Of a stretch of 64,000 bases of DNA, positions 46,669 to 56,541 are shown one piece after another (within the stretch, counting starts at the first letter, position 1; every line of letters starts with the position of its first letter). The notes under the pieces are model-generated. The model was not told the origin of the DNA. It saw nothing but the letters and a program-made list of their open reading frames with translations, and made no database searches. The translations under genes were made by a program, and so were the position numbers. The stretch lies in sequence record OP991903.1. The stretch is one strand, 5' to 3'.

Positions 46669-46756
46669 TAAAGCGGGGGACTTCGGTCCCCCATTTATTT
46701 TTTATTTTCTCCTGTCATGGTGTAGAACAAAAGTATCGGACTACAGGACCTGTACA

Positions 46757-48907
46757 ATGGAACCAACCAACCCGTTTAACCGCACGGCTGAGCAATATAG
46801 CCGCGATTTGGATATTCGTCGGGCGTACGTGGAACAAACCGCCATCTACCTGTCGAAGTCGACCGGGGTAGAAATGGACGAATGTCGCGTGTTCGTGATT
46901 CAGGAACTGCAAAGTCAGATGAAGGACCCACTGGTCTGCGTCCTGGAACGAGACGAGGAGGGGGACCGCTCGAAGAAAGCGTATCCGTTCACCCAGTACC
47001 TCGACTACGTTATCAAGAACCGCTATTACATTGCCCCAACGTTATCGGTCGTTCTCCCGCCGTGGATTCGTGAATCGAAGTTATCCAAATACATCAAGGG
47101 TAACTTGGCTGACCGTAACGAAGAAAAACATAAGCAGATGATTGCCAAGAACCGCGGTGACGCGTTCAAAGCGACTTTGCACAAGAACAACCAGAACAAC
47201 AAAAAGATTCTGAACAACGCCATCTCCGGTAACCACCGTTCAGAACACTCGCATCTGGTTGACCGCCCGACTCACCCGATACTGACCTCCAGTTGCCGTA
47301 TTGCGAACGGCGTGGCGAACAGTCATAACGAACGGTTCCTGGCAGGTAACCGACACTACTACTCCCCGGAGGTGGTGATAAATAACTTCGCCTCGATACT
47401 CGACCTCACCGACTTTACCATGGTCCGTGACGCGTGCGAGCATCACCGTCTCCATATGCCCTCGCCTGACGAAGTCATGCAAATGGTGGAGCGGTCTATC
47501 GAACCGTACTGGAGTGGTCGCGTGGGTCTGGTCAACATTGAGCGTTTTGTGCGCAATATGGAACCGGAAGAACGTGCCGCAGTCATGTACATGGGGGACT
47601 TCTACCACCTGCGTCTGTATAACGAAGAACTGGTGCGTACTTGGATTGACCGGTTGTCCTGTCGTGCCTCGCGCATTGTACCGGACCACGAAGACTGGTT
47701 GAAGAAAGTAGACGGTGACATCATTAACCAGGTGAAGGTTATCTATCCGGATATCCTGGGACGTGAAGAACTGGACAACCCGGAATTGCGTAACGACCCG
47801 AACTTTGGGTTAATCGGTAGCTCCTGCTACGAGATTACGCAGTGTCTGCATGACCACCGTCGGATTATTGATGCGTTCCACACCACGCGCAATATCCCGT
47901 TCCTGATTGCCGACTTCCCGTCCAGTATCCGTAAAGTGACCGTGGGGTCCGATACCGACTCCGCCATCTTTACGGTGCAGGATTGGGTGCGTTGGTACTC
48001 GGGTAACGATACCATCAACCACGCTAACATCATCGTGGCAGAAACCTTCGGCTTCCTGATTTCGCAGACCACGACCCATAACCTGGCCACCATGGTTTCG
48101 AACATCGGGGTGACTGACCCGAAAGAACTGTTCCGTCTGTCGATGAAGAACGAATACCTGTTCCCGGTGTTTGTCCTGACCTCGCGGGCGAAACACTACT
48201 TTGCGAACATGGCCGTGCAGGAAGGGGTTATCTTCAAGGAATACGACTTTGAACGTAAAGGCGTAGAACTGATTGCCTCGAACTTACCGCCGGTTATCCG
48301 TAAAGACCTGGACGGCGTACTGCACTACATCATCGACTCGGTCACGAATGACGAACCGGTGTCCATCCACAAGATACTCCGGATGGTAGCGCGTTGGGAA
48401 TACACGGTAATGGAAAGTGTGATGAGTGGGGAAACAGACTACCTGAAGACCGCACGTGTGAACGAAGAGGAAGGGTACTCAACCGAGAACTCTCGCTTCA
48501 TTAACTACGAAATGTGGCAACGGGTATTCGCACCGAACTACGGTGCCTGTGAACCGCCTCCGTATTCCGCCTTGTCGTTCAGTATCACACCGGATACCAA
48601 ACGTAAGACCGAACAGTGGATATCGACCTGGTCGAACCGCACAGCGGCTGATGAGATGACGGCGTGGTTAGCCAGTCGTGGGAAGTCGTACGTGGGAGAG
48701 ATGCTTCTTCCTGAAGCCATTATCCTGTCCGTGGGAATCCCCAAGGAAGTCCTGCCCGTGATTGACGTGCGTAAAATCGTGGCGAAAGCCATGAGCCCGT
48801 TCTACCTCGTGCTGGAATCCCTGGAGTTCTACTGCTTTGACGAGAAACAGTCGAAGTTAGTGATGGACATGGTCACCCGTGATGAGGCGTTCATGTTAGA
48901 TAGTTAA
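46757..48907 (+). CDS. Family-B DNA polymerase, catalytic half of a split enzyme (phiKZ gp50-like)
   Basis: Start MEPTNPF (AGGA RBS); motif B KKILNNAISG; motif C VGSDTDSAIF; KHYFA and RKGVE thumb-region motifs; no exonuclease domain. Confidence 0.88.
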   Translation: MEPTNPFNRTAEQYSRDLDIRRAYVEQTAIYLSKSTGVEMDECRVFVIQELQSQMKDPLVCVLERDEEGDRSKKAYPFTQYLDYVIKNRYYIAPTLSVVLPPWIRESKLSKYIKGNLADRNEEKHKQMIAKNRGDAFKATLHKNNQNNKKILNNAISGNHRSEHSHLVDRPTHPILTSSCRIANGVANSHNERFLAGNRHYYSPEVVINNFASILDLTDFTMVRDACEHHRLHMPSPDEVMQMVERSIEPYWSGRVGLVNIERFVRNMEPEERAAVMYMGDFYHLRLYNEELVRTWIDRLSCRASRIVPDHEDWLKKVDGDIINQVKVIYPDILGREELDNPELRNDPNFGLIGSSCYEITQCLHDHRRIIDAFHTTRNIPFLIADFPSSIRKVTVGSDTDSAIFTVQDWVRWYSGNDTINHANIIVAETFGFLISQTTTHNLATMVSNIGVTDPKELFRLSMKNEYLFPVFVLTSRAKHYFANMAVQEGVIFKEYDFERKGVELIASNLPPVIRKDLDGVLHYIIDSVTNDEPVSIHKILRMVARWEYTVMESVMSGETDYLKTARVNEEEGYSTENSRFINYEMWQRVFAPNYGACEPPPYSALSFSITPDTKRKTEQWISTWSNRTAADEMTAWLASRGKSYVGEMLLPEAIILSVGIPKEVLPVIDVRKIVAKAMSPFYLVLESLEFYCFDEKQSKLVMDMVTRDEAFMLDS

Positions 48908-49964
48908 TCACTTCTTCATCTATTTCTTTCTCGATGCCCGGATAGGAACTGAGGAACCCGGCGTTCTTGAAGTAACGGTACTTCTTCTTGAGATAAGCGG
49001 CAGCCGCGGTGTTATCGTTGCTGCCCGCTTTCTTACTGAGTTGTACCAGATACGCCAGATACGGCAGGTACCCGAGCAACCAGAGTCCGGAGTTCTTGTT
49101 CGTGTACACGCCAGGGGGTAACTGCAAGAAGTCCCACAGGGTTTCACTGAACACCATCGGTGTACCCAACGCCAGGTCCATGATGGAAGCATTGCTACTG
49201 ATGGCTTCCTTCAGAAACTCGGCTTGCTCTTTCTCCACGAAGTTGGTGACGTCGTTCAAGCCTAACCCATAGCGCCGTTTCTGCGGTACATTGGGGCGAC
49301 CTTGTGCGGCGTTGCGTAACTGGTTAAAGTAGCAAACGTCCGTGTCAGACGGTATCAGGTTTACCACCGGATACTGAAACACGAACTGGGCAATGTCCGG
49401 TTGTTGGTCCAGATACTTCTCGCAGTACAAACGCCAGCGGGTGTATTGAAGCATCAACAACGGTACATCCAGGGTCAGGACCGCAACACCTTTAACGCCA
49501 ACGGTTTCGCTGCCGTTACGGGGGTTCATGTTGAGGTCACTGTACGGGTGGGAAACCGCCTGTAACGGTTGGAACGACTGCCAGTACTTCCCGGCATCCA
49601 ATCCTGTTGGGTAACCACGGGTCACCGCCAGAACGTACTCGGTCACGTCCGAACCGTAGAAGTGATTTTTTACTAGCGGTCCACTTTTGTGAACAGCTGT
49701 GTTCAGTCGCAAAGCAGTGGCAATCTTTTCCACGCGACTGGCGACAGCGTAGTAGTACTGCTCATCATTACCCGTGTACACGACGTTTGCATGGTGGATG
49801 ACCTGACACAGCAGATTGTCCGACTCCACCGTTCTTACCGATTTCCGGAAGTAGTGCGCCAACCGAACGTAAGCTTCATCAAAGCGTGAGGAAACGTACT
49901 CGTGTCGGGGTGAAACGTGGAGTGATGAATTGCCGTGAGTTTTCTGACTAAAGAGTTCAAACAT
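48891..49964 (-). CDS. Conserved phiKZ-like protein between DNA polymerase and chimallin (possibly virion)
   Basis: 357 aa, GGGG RBS; conserved position in nucleus-forming phages. Confidence 0.65.
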   Translation of the reverse strand: MFELFSQKTHGNSSLHVSPRHEYVSSRFDEAYVRLAHYFRKSVRTVESDNLLCQVIHHANVVYTGNDEQYYYAVASRVEKIATALRLNTAVHKSGPLVKNHFYGSDVTEYVLAVTRGYPTGLDAGKYWQSFQPLQAVSHPYSDLNMNPRNGSETVGVKGVAVLTLDVPLLMLQYTRWRLYCEKYLDQQPDIAQFVFQYPVVNLIPSDTDVCYFNQLRNAAQGRPNVPQKRRYGLGLNDVTNFVEKEQAEFLKEAISSNASIMDLALGTPMVFSETLWDFLQLPPGVYTNKNSGLWLLGYLPYLAYLVQLSKKAGSNDNTAAAAYLKKKYRYFKNAGFLSSYPGIEKEIDEEVINYLT

Positions 49965-50088
49965 GACGCCCCCAGTACAGTAATCATTTTTTACGTTACT
50001 GTATATATCTTATGTAGAAAGTATTGCCATCCAGAATGGCAATGCTGGATTAACGGGAGTAAGTGCCTTTTGAAACTTTTTTCAGGCA

Positions 50089-50104
50089 TACATTACTGTA
50101 GTGA
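50089..50104 (+). promoter_or_regulatory. Putative early promoter of chmA
   Basis: TACATTACTGTAGTGA ~115 bp upstream of the chimallin start; chimallin is an early gene in related phages. Confidence 0.6.
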
Positions 50105-50215
50105 ATTGAGTCCTTTATAGGAATTGATTCGAACGTTTAGTCTTTCCGGAAAAGCTAAATTCATAGAAGGTTCTCTAAGGACCGTAACGTCACAGTACGT
50201 TTAAGGAGAAATGAA

Positions 50216-52186
50216 ATGGGTTGGAATTCTGGTGATAGTGAACACGGTAATAAGGATGAAGGTGAAGGTAAACGCCAAAACCCGCCTAACCCGTTAGCTC
50301 AGTATCGCCAACACCAGAGTGCCAAAAAGCACTCGCAGCAGCAACCGAATACCCAAGCGTCAGCTCCTCACGAAGAAGAAGTTGTCGCAGCTCGTCATGT
50401 ACCACAAACCGAAACTAATACAGAAGCCTATAAAGGGAAAACTGCAATGAACGATATCCTGAACATGTTCAATCCTGGTCAACCGCTGATTCAGTCTGCC
50501 GCTGGCGGCGACGAGATGGGTAAATTCATCGACGCGGGTAACAAGTTCCTCGAAGCGAACAAAAACCGTCTGAGCATGGGTGGCAAAACTAAGTGGCAGC
50601 TGATTCCGGTTCCGGGTCATCTGACTGGTTTCCAGCTGGACTCAGTTGTCCTGGCTGCGGCCTTTACTTACGGCGACGTGAAATTCGTCGGCGCAATCAC
50701 TGCGGTCATGATGGGTCGCCAGCAGCTGCCTAAGCAAGAAGTGACTGAAGGTCAGCGCCGTTACGTGTTCTCTGCGGTACCGAGCGATGTGTGGACCGAA
50801 GGCTTCAAAGGTTCCGTCATCAATCAGGTGCAGAAAAACGTGGGCCTGGGTGCTGATGTACCGGTTGTCCTCTTCGGTGCGGTAACCGTTCCAGTCACCT
50901 TCGGTTACTCCGAGCGTGAAGTGGATGAAGTTATCACCAACCTGATTAACACCGCAGCGTACAGCATGTACGATGAGCTGACTCAGGGTGACCACCAGTT
51001 CAAGCTGGAAGATATCATTCCAGAGAACTACGAAGTCAGCGGTCGCGTAACTTACGCACCGGGTGATGACTCTACCGTCTTTGGCGAACCACTGCGTCGT
51101 GACCTGTCTCTGCAAGTCACTACCGGTCCTGCGGGCCGCAAAGGTCAGGTAAACGCCCTGGAAGGTAACCGTAACTCTAACCTGGTGCAGATTGACGGTT
51201 TCACCGACTACATCTACCTGGGTCCAAAAGATGGCGGTCGTCGTCGTGGCGGTAGCCGTGCGCGCCGTCGTGAAGTTGATGAGCTGGACATCTACGCACT
51301 GGGTCTGAACCTGACCAAGATTGCGTCCAACAACAACTTCACTACCGAGATGAACCTGCTGGGTCTGTCCACCGTATCGGCTCTGATGCGTGAAGACTGC
51401 CTGGTGAAATCTCTGCGCCCGGTTGGCGATTCTGCTGACCTGCGTGATGCACGTGCTCTGGAAGTTGAGCAGCTGGTCGAGTTTGACCCGCCGATTCCAG
51501 CTGACCCATCAGAAGTTGAGTGGGCTGAGCTGAACGAAGCGGTCGTTCAGGAAGATTCTCTGAACGTCTTCCTGCACATCGAAAAATCCGGCCTGCAAAC
51601 GCGTACCCAGCGTCTGTACCTGGAAGCGGCTGACGATAAGCACCCGAACCACCGTCAGGCTCGTATCCAGCTGTGGGAAGCGGCACACCGTCTGACCGGC
51701 GGCGTCATCGAAGATTACCTCGATGAAGCTACTCCGTTCGGTGCTCTGGAAGAGCGCATCATCCTGCTGGGCCACTGGACCGATTCTAAAGGTCGTATCC
51801 GTGACCTGCGTGAACTGGACCGTTTCTTCATGATGACCCACTTCGGTCTGGCGAAGAATCGCGACCTCGAAGCGATTGCCATGTGGGATGACGCGTGCTG
51901 GAACCGCAACATCAGCGAAGAAGCACGTCTGGCGAAAATGGAAGAAATCATCGCTTCCGTTACCGGCAGCTACACCATCACTGGTCATGCGTACCTGGTT
52001 CAGATTAACCCTGACTGGCTGTACAAACTGACTCAGGCGGTGGATAAAGCTGGCCTGACCATCCCGACTGAAGGTCTGCTGCAAGACAGCGTTCGTCGTG
52101 GTTACTTCGACAACCGTTTCGGCGGTTCCGGTAACTACAACGGTAACACCTTCAACTCTCGTGGCGGTTACGGCTTCGGTCGCTAA
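50216..52186 (+). CDS. chmA: Chimallin, phage nuclear shell protein (ChmA/PhuN; phiKZ gp54-like)
   Basis: 656 aa, strongly biased codons, TAAGGAG RBS, disordered N-terminus and Gly/Asn/aromatic C-tail; diagnostic position directly upstream of the nvRNAP beta' gene and downstream of DNA polymerase. Confidence 0.85.
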   Translation: MGWNSGDSEHGNKDEGEGKRQNPPNPLAQYRQHQSAKKHSQQQPNTQASAPHEEEVVAARHVPQTETNTEAYKGKTAMNDILNMFNPGQPLIQSAAGGDEMGKFIDAGNKFLEANKNRLSMGGKTKWQLIPVPGHLTGFQLDSVVLAAAFTYGDVKFVGAITAVMMGRQQLPKQEVTEGQRRYVFSAVPSDVWTEGFKGSVINQVQKNVGLGADVPVVLFGAVTVPVTFGYSEREVDEVITNLINTAAYSMYDELTQGDHQFKLEDIIPENYEVSGRVTYAPGDDSTVFGEPLRRDLSLQVTTGPAGRKGQVNALEGNRNSNLVQIDGFTDYIYLGPKDGGRRRGGSRARRREVDELDIYALGLNLTKIASNNNFTTEMNLLGLSTVSALMREDCLVKSLRPVGDSADLRDARALEVEQLVEFDPPIPADPSEVEWAELNEAVVQEDSLNVFLHIEKSGLQTRTQRLYLEAADDKHPNHRQARIQLWEAAHRLTGGVIEDYLDEATPFGALEERIILLGHWTDSKGRIRDLRELDRFFMMTHFGLAKNRDLEAIAMWDDACWNRNISEEARLAKMEEIIASVTGSYTITGHAYLVQINPDWLYKLTQAVDKAGLTIPTEGLLQDSVRRGYFDNRFGGSGNYNGNTFNSRGGYGFGR

Positions 52187-52200
52187 GTTGTAGTGCGATA

Positions 52201-52233
52201 AAAAAGAGGGGACTTCGCGTCCCCTTCTTTTTT
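52201..52233 (+). terminator. Terminator after chmA
   Basis: AAGAGGGGAC-TTCGC-GTCCCCTTCTT plus T-run. Confidence 0.8.
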
Positions 52234-52273
52234 GTCTTTTCGTACCGAAAAAGCCATAAGAGGTTAGAGAGAA

Positions 52274-53683
52274 ATGGGTATATTTCTAATCAACCCGGAC
52301 TTCGATGAAGACATTAAACGATTGCCGCGCGAGCCGATAATCCTGAACCAATACCATGCCGGTGTTGAAGGTATCGACGTGGTAAAGGCTTTGATGGTTA
52401 CGGAGTACGATTGCGATTACATTGACACAATGCCAACGTGTGGATGTGGTCACAGTCGCGGACGTCATCTTAAAGTGTGTGAGCGTTGTGGAGATGAAGT
52501 CCTGTCAGTGATGGAACGTGGATTCTATTCTGACGTGTGGCTACAAACGCCGAAAGGTGTGCGGGCCTTTATCCGACCTAACTTGCTCGGGATGCTACTC
52601 GAAGCGTTCACGCAAGAAGGGTTCAGTGCCATTGAATGGTTGTGTAATCCGCGCTACAAGTTTGACGACCCGAACAGCATTGTCTATCGGCAGTTTATGG
52701 CGTTAAACATTCCCCGTGGGTACAACCATTTCATTGATAACTTCGATGAGATTTTGGAAACGCTGATGGCGGCCCGAATCTTTAAGAACAACATGCAGCG
52801 TCGCCGCGATGTCTATACGTGCATCAAAGAGAACCGCCATGTGTTGTTCCCGAAGCATCTTCCCCTGCCAAACAAACGTTCCATTATCACTGAAACGTCA
52901 ACCCGTGCAAAGACCGCCGTGAAAAGTATGTTCACGATTGTCGATGCTGCGCGTGCGTTGTACAGTATCGTGGGACAAGAAGACACCATGTCGTTGGCGC
53001 GAAAAGAATACCATGTGTTCCGTTCGCTCCAGATGATGATTGACTTCCGCGTATTCGTGGACAAGAAGATTATCGGACAAAAGGAAGGGTGGATTCGTAA
53101 GCAGGTTGTCGGTACGCGTGACGGTCCGTCATTCCGTGGGGTAATTACCTCGCTGGCGGGTGTGCACGACTACGACGAAATACACTTGCCGTGGGCAATG
53201 GCCATTGCAGTGTATATGCCGCAACTCATCAGTAAACTGTTGCGCCGGGGTTATACGCCAAACAGCGCACGCGGTTACCTGATACAAGCCATGAGTCGAT
53301 ACGATGCGGGGCTACACGACATCTTCGAGGAACTGAAACGCGAATCGGGATATAAAGGGTTACCAATACTTCTTGGCCGAAACCCAACTCTGAACTTACG
53401 TTCCATTCAGGCGCTGTACGTAACAGAGATTAAAAGTAATATCCACGACAACACGATTTCTCTCTCGGTGCATGTACTGCGCAGTCCGAACGCCGACTTC
53501 GATGGCGACCAGTTGGGCGGAAAACCGGTCCTCTCTCATGAAGACTGGAAAGTTGCACGGAAGCTGTCCCCGGAATCTGGTCTGGCCGACCTGAACAAAC
53601 CTAACGCCATGACTTCCAACATGGGGCTGGGTGTGCCAGTACTAGCAACCATTAACAACTTAATGTATGGACGGGCTCACTAG
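52274..53683 (+). CDS. Non-virion RNA polymerase beta'-like N-terminal subunit (phiKZ gp55-like)
   Basis: Zn-binding CGCG...CERC; RKQVVGTR, GRNPTL, catalytic NADFDGD motif. Confidence 0.92.
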   Translation: MGIFLINPDFDEDIKRLPREPIILNQYHAGVEGIDVVKALMVTEYDCDYIDTMPTCGCGHSRGRHLKVCERCGDEVLSVMERGFYSDVWLQTPKGVRAFIRPNLLGMLLEAFTQEGFSAIEWLCNPRYKFDDPNSIVYRQFMALNIPRGYNHFIDNFDEILETLMAARIFKNNMQRRRDVYTCIKENRHVLFPKHLPLPNKRSIITETSTRAKTAVKSMFTIVDAARALYSIVGQEDTMSLARKEYHVFRSLQMMIDFRVFVDKKIIGQKEGWIRKQVVGTRDGPSFRGVITSLAGVHDYDEIHLPWAMAIAVYMPQLISKLLRRGYTPNSARGYLIQAMSRYDAGLHDIFEELKRESGYKGLPILLGRNPTLNLRSIQALYVTEIKSNIHDNTISLSVHVLRSPNADFDGDQLGGKPVLSHEDWKVARKLSPESGLADLNKPNAMTSNMGLGVPVLATINNLMYGRAH

Positions 53684-54318
53684 TGGTAAAATTTCACTTT
53701 GTTGACGGAGATGACACCGTCTTTCAGGCCTCGGCATTCGGTATCCCCGACCGCCGTAATCTGGAAGAAGGTTATCGACGTCTTGAAGAGTACAGTAGAA
53801 ACTTGTCTGACCGCGCGGTTGGGTATCTGGAGCGGACACGTGACACGTTAACCCGACTCTTTGACCCATCGGTGCGTCGCGCCTTACACGCGCTAAACAC
53901 GTCGAAGCGAGGTCTGTATCGCGATAACGTAATTCAGTACCTGGATGATTACAGTGAAATCTCCATGGCACCGGATACCATGCGCCGCTGGCTTCTGGCT
54001 AACCCGCGCTTACGTACGCGCTACCATTCGCAGTCAATTGAGGCCTGGGGTGCTAAACCTGGGGTATTTGATGTGACCCCAATGAATGCACCGGACCCGT
54101 ATTGGAAAGCTATCCAGAATGGCGTAGCCAGACCGGAAGAGCAAGAAGACGAGACCGTGCGTTGGGTAACAGAGTACGAGATTGGTGCCCATACCGTGGA
54201 AGGCGAAGAGGAACTGTTCATTGAACAGCAACTTGACCTCTTGGCAACCCATGCGTTGGTGGATGCAGCACTCGACGATGGTATCGACCCAACCAGTCGA
54301 TTCCTGGAAAAACTCTAA
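53683..54318 (+). CDS. Conserved nucleus-block hypothetical protein
   Basis: 211 aa; MRRWLLANP.LR..Y and IDPTS motifs; cUUCGg terminator at 54323..54350. Confidence 0.7.
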   Translation: MVKFHFVDGDDTVFQASAFGIPDRRNLEEGYRRLEEYSRNLSDRAVGYLERTRDTLTRLFDPSVRRALHALNTSKRGLYRDNVIQYLDDYSEISMAPDTMRRWLLANPRLRTRYHSQSIEAWGAKPGVFDVTPMNAPDPYWKAIQNGVARPEEQEDETVRWVTEYEIGAHTVEGEEELFIEQQLDLLATHALVDAALDDGIDPTSRFLEKL

Positions 54319-54375
54319 AAGCAAGGGGACTTCGGTCCCCTTCTTTTTTTGTATCTCAGCTGCGAGGATTTACCC

Positions 54376-54777
54376 ATGTCTATTGTCTTCCCTACCCTGA
54401 ACGGTAATGGCTACGCCACCGATATCGGGACCATCTGTGACGAGGTCTTTGCCGCCTCTATCTTTGCCCGAAACCGTTACAGCGAAATCTACTTCGGTAA
54501 AGTGGCCGCACTCGATACGTTGATGAAAGACTTCAACAACAAACCCGAGCAACTGGCCGCCGCTGTCGAACAGATGTACAAGGATTTGTTCACCCGTGTC
54601 TTTGGAACCGCCGACGCCACCTGTTCCGTAGAGGAAGACACGGTCACCGGGATTTGTACCATCGTGTTAGAAATTACGGGAAAGTACAATGGTGTGAACT
54701 TTAACGTCGGCCATGAAGTGCAATCCCGAAACGGTGCCTTCGTGAAAACTATAAAGAGGACGAACGGCGATGACTGA
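54376..54777 (+). CDS. Conserved hypothetical protein
   Basis: Start MSIVFPTL with GAGGA RBS. Confidence 0.7.
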   Translation: MSIVFPTLNGNGYATDIGTICDEVFAASIFARNRYSEIYFGKVAALDTLMKDFNNKPEQLAAAVEQMYKDLFTRVFGTADATCSVEEDTVTGICTIVLEITGKYNGVNFNVGHEVQSRNGAFVKTIKRTNGDD

Positions 54778-55366
54778 ACCCGAAGAAGTGGAACTGACGC
54801 CTCCCTTAGAACCTGAGGATACGTCATTCCTTGACTATATCCTTACCGAGTACACGATGGAAGAGTTACCCAAACTCGACATCGACATCTTCCGTGCTCG
54901 TTATCTTCCATACCTCGCCGGTGACCTGGATTCGAAAGATTCGGTGGCTGCCCTGCGTATGTGGGAAGCGGAAGTGTCAAAGAACGCCCGCCGCCCAGTA
55001 TTGATTGTGGACAAAGCCGGTAACCACCTGTATACCGTGCCACCCATTACCGGTACGGTGCAGACGCGTCAGACAGGGAACCCCCATTCAATCGAATCCC
55101 GTACCCGTATGATGCAAGCGCAGATGAACCGCCTGGTGTCATTCGGTATCCGTGCGCAGAAAGAGATGTTCAATAATCTCTCCCAAAGTGATGCGCAGCA
55201 GAAACAATGGGCATTGGACTGGTACAAAATCCTGAAAGACTTTGGTTACCTTGACGGGAAACCAAAGACGGGGATACTCGGTCCGGGCAGTAAAGGGGCT
55301 ACGGTAGTTAACGCGACTGAGGATTTCGAAATTGGCGACGTCGACTTTGTTGAAGACGATTTCTGA
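54770..55366 (+). CDS. Conserved hypothetical protein
   Basis: 198 aa, GAGGA RBS. Confidence 0.7.
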   Translation: MTEPEEVELTPPLEPEDTSFLDYILTEYTMEELPKLDIDIFRARYLPYLAGDLDSKDSVAALRMWEAEVSKNARRPVLIVDKAGNHLYTVPPITGTVQTRQTGNPHSIESRTRMMQAQMNRLVSFGIRAQKEMFNNLSQSDAQQKQWALDWYKILKDFGYLDGKPKTGILGPGSKGATVVNATEDFEIGDVDFVEDDF

Positions 55367-55370
55367 GTGG

Positions 55371-56477
55371 TTGCGTATCTTTGTGTTCAGTGACCCACAT
55401 TTCGGGCACAATCGTACGCCATCCCTGTCAACGTTAGCTGCGGTTCGCCGGTATTTCCCGGATAGCCCCGAAACCGCCGTGTACGACATCTGTTTCATCC
55501 CTGGCGACTTCTTTGACCATTTGCTTACCATGTCAGACGAAGACGTCTACGCGGCGCAGATGGCCATGGCGCACGTCCTGCGTGTGTGTGCAAAGTACAA
55601 CATCAAACTGCGTATCCTGGAAGGCACGCGCTCCCATGACCGCGGACAGTCAAAGCATTTCCTTTGGTTGAACGAAGCCATGGAAACAAACTGTGATGTA
55701 AAGTACTTCACCACCATGACGCTGGACTACATGGAAGAGTACGACCTGAACGTGTTGTACATTCCTGATGAGTACCACCCCGAAGCCGAACAGACTTATC
55801 AGCAAGCGAAAGAGCTGCTGCATTCGCGTGGCCTGGCTAAAGCTGACCTGTCTATTATGCACGGAGCATGGTTACACCAGTTGCAAGGACACCAGTCCCC
55901 TGCGTATCACGATGCAGAGAAATGGTCTGAACTGGTAACGATGGCAATCCTTTCTGGGCATGTCCATACCTTCTCGCGTTTTCTGAAACACATCTCCATC
56001 GGTTCAACGAACCGTTGTGGGCACGGAGAAGAAGAAGCAAAAGGGTTCCTGGACATTACCTACCGAAATAAAGTGGAGCACGAGTTCCGGTTTATTGAGA
56101 ATCAGCTGGCGAAAAAGTACGTGACCCTCGCAGTCTATGACTTTACCGTCACGGACATTGCCCAGTTAATTGAAGGACAGAACTTACCGAAAGGGAGTGC
56201 TATCCGACTGGAGCACGGAGCCACTGACCCCATGCGGGCGATTCTCGAAGAACTCCAGGACTTGTACCAGGATTACATCTTAACGTCGATAGAGAAGGGC
56301 GGTAAAAAAGACAACAAGGTTAACACCGGTTTCAAGTTGTTGAACGTGGGCAATGCGGTTACCCCGCTCACGGAAGAGAACCTGGTCGGGTTGTTGACCG
56401 AGCACCTGCAAAGTACCGGAGAAGCTTCTGGACGAATCAATCACGCGGTGAACTTGGTCCGCGGCGTAATGCACTGA
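55371..56477 (+). CDS. sbcD: SbcD/Mre11-family metallophosphoesterase nuclease
   Basis: Probable TTG start; FSDPHFG, PGDFFD, EGTRSHD, IMHG and SGHVH phosphoesterase motifs. Confidence 0.85.
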   Translation: MRIFVFSDPHFGHNRTPSLSTLAAVRRYFPDSPETAVYDICFIPGDFFDHLLTMSDEDVYAAQMAMAHVLRVCAKYNIKLRILEGTRSHDRGQSKHFLWLNEAMETNCDVKYFTTMTLDYMEEYDLNVLYIPDEYHPEAEQTYQQAKELLHSRGLAKADLSIMHGAWLHQLQGHQSPAYHDAEKWSELVTMAILSGHVHTFSRFLKHISIGSTNRCGHGEEEAKGFLDITYRNKVEHEFRFIENQLAKKYVTLAVYDFTVTDIAQLIEGQNLPKGSAIRLEHGATDPMRAILEELQDLYQDYILTSIEKGGKKDNKVNTGFKLLNVGNAVTPLTEENLVGLLTEHLQSTGEASGRINHAVNLVRGVMH

Positions 56478-56480
56478 CGA

Positions 56481-56509
56481 CTGCTACAGGGGTGGGTCCC
56501 CTGTAGCAG
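56481..56509. other. Perfect 12-bp hairpin between sbcD and next gene
   Basis: CTGCTACAGGGG-TGGGT-CCCCTGTAGCAG, with only a weak U tail. Confidence 0.6.
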
Positions 56510-56541
56510 TTCTTAACCCATCTATCTAAAGGAGCGACGAC

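Noticed and set aside
46592-46756. N-terminal extension of the DNA polymerase ORF in the track (also upstream extensions of 2502, 9422, 43725 and 55332 ORFs)
   Set aside because: The extensions run through upstream genes or terminators; downstream starts have the RBS.
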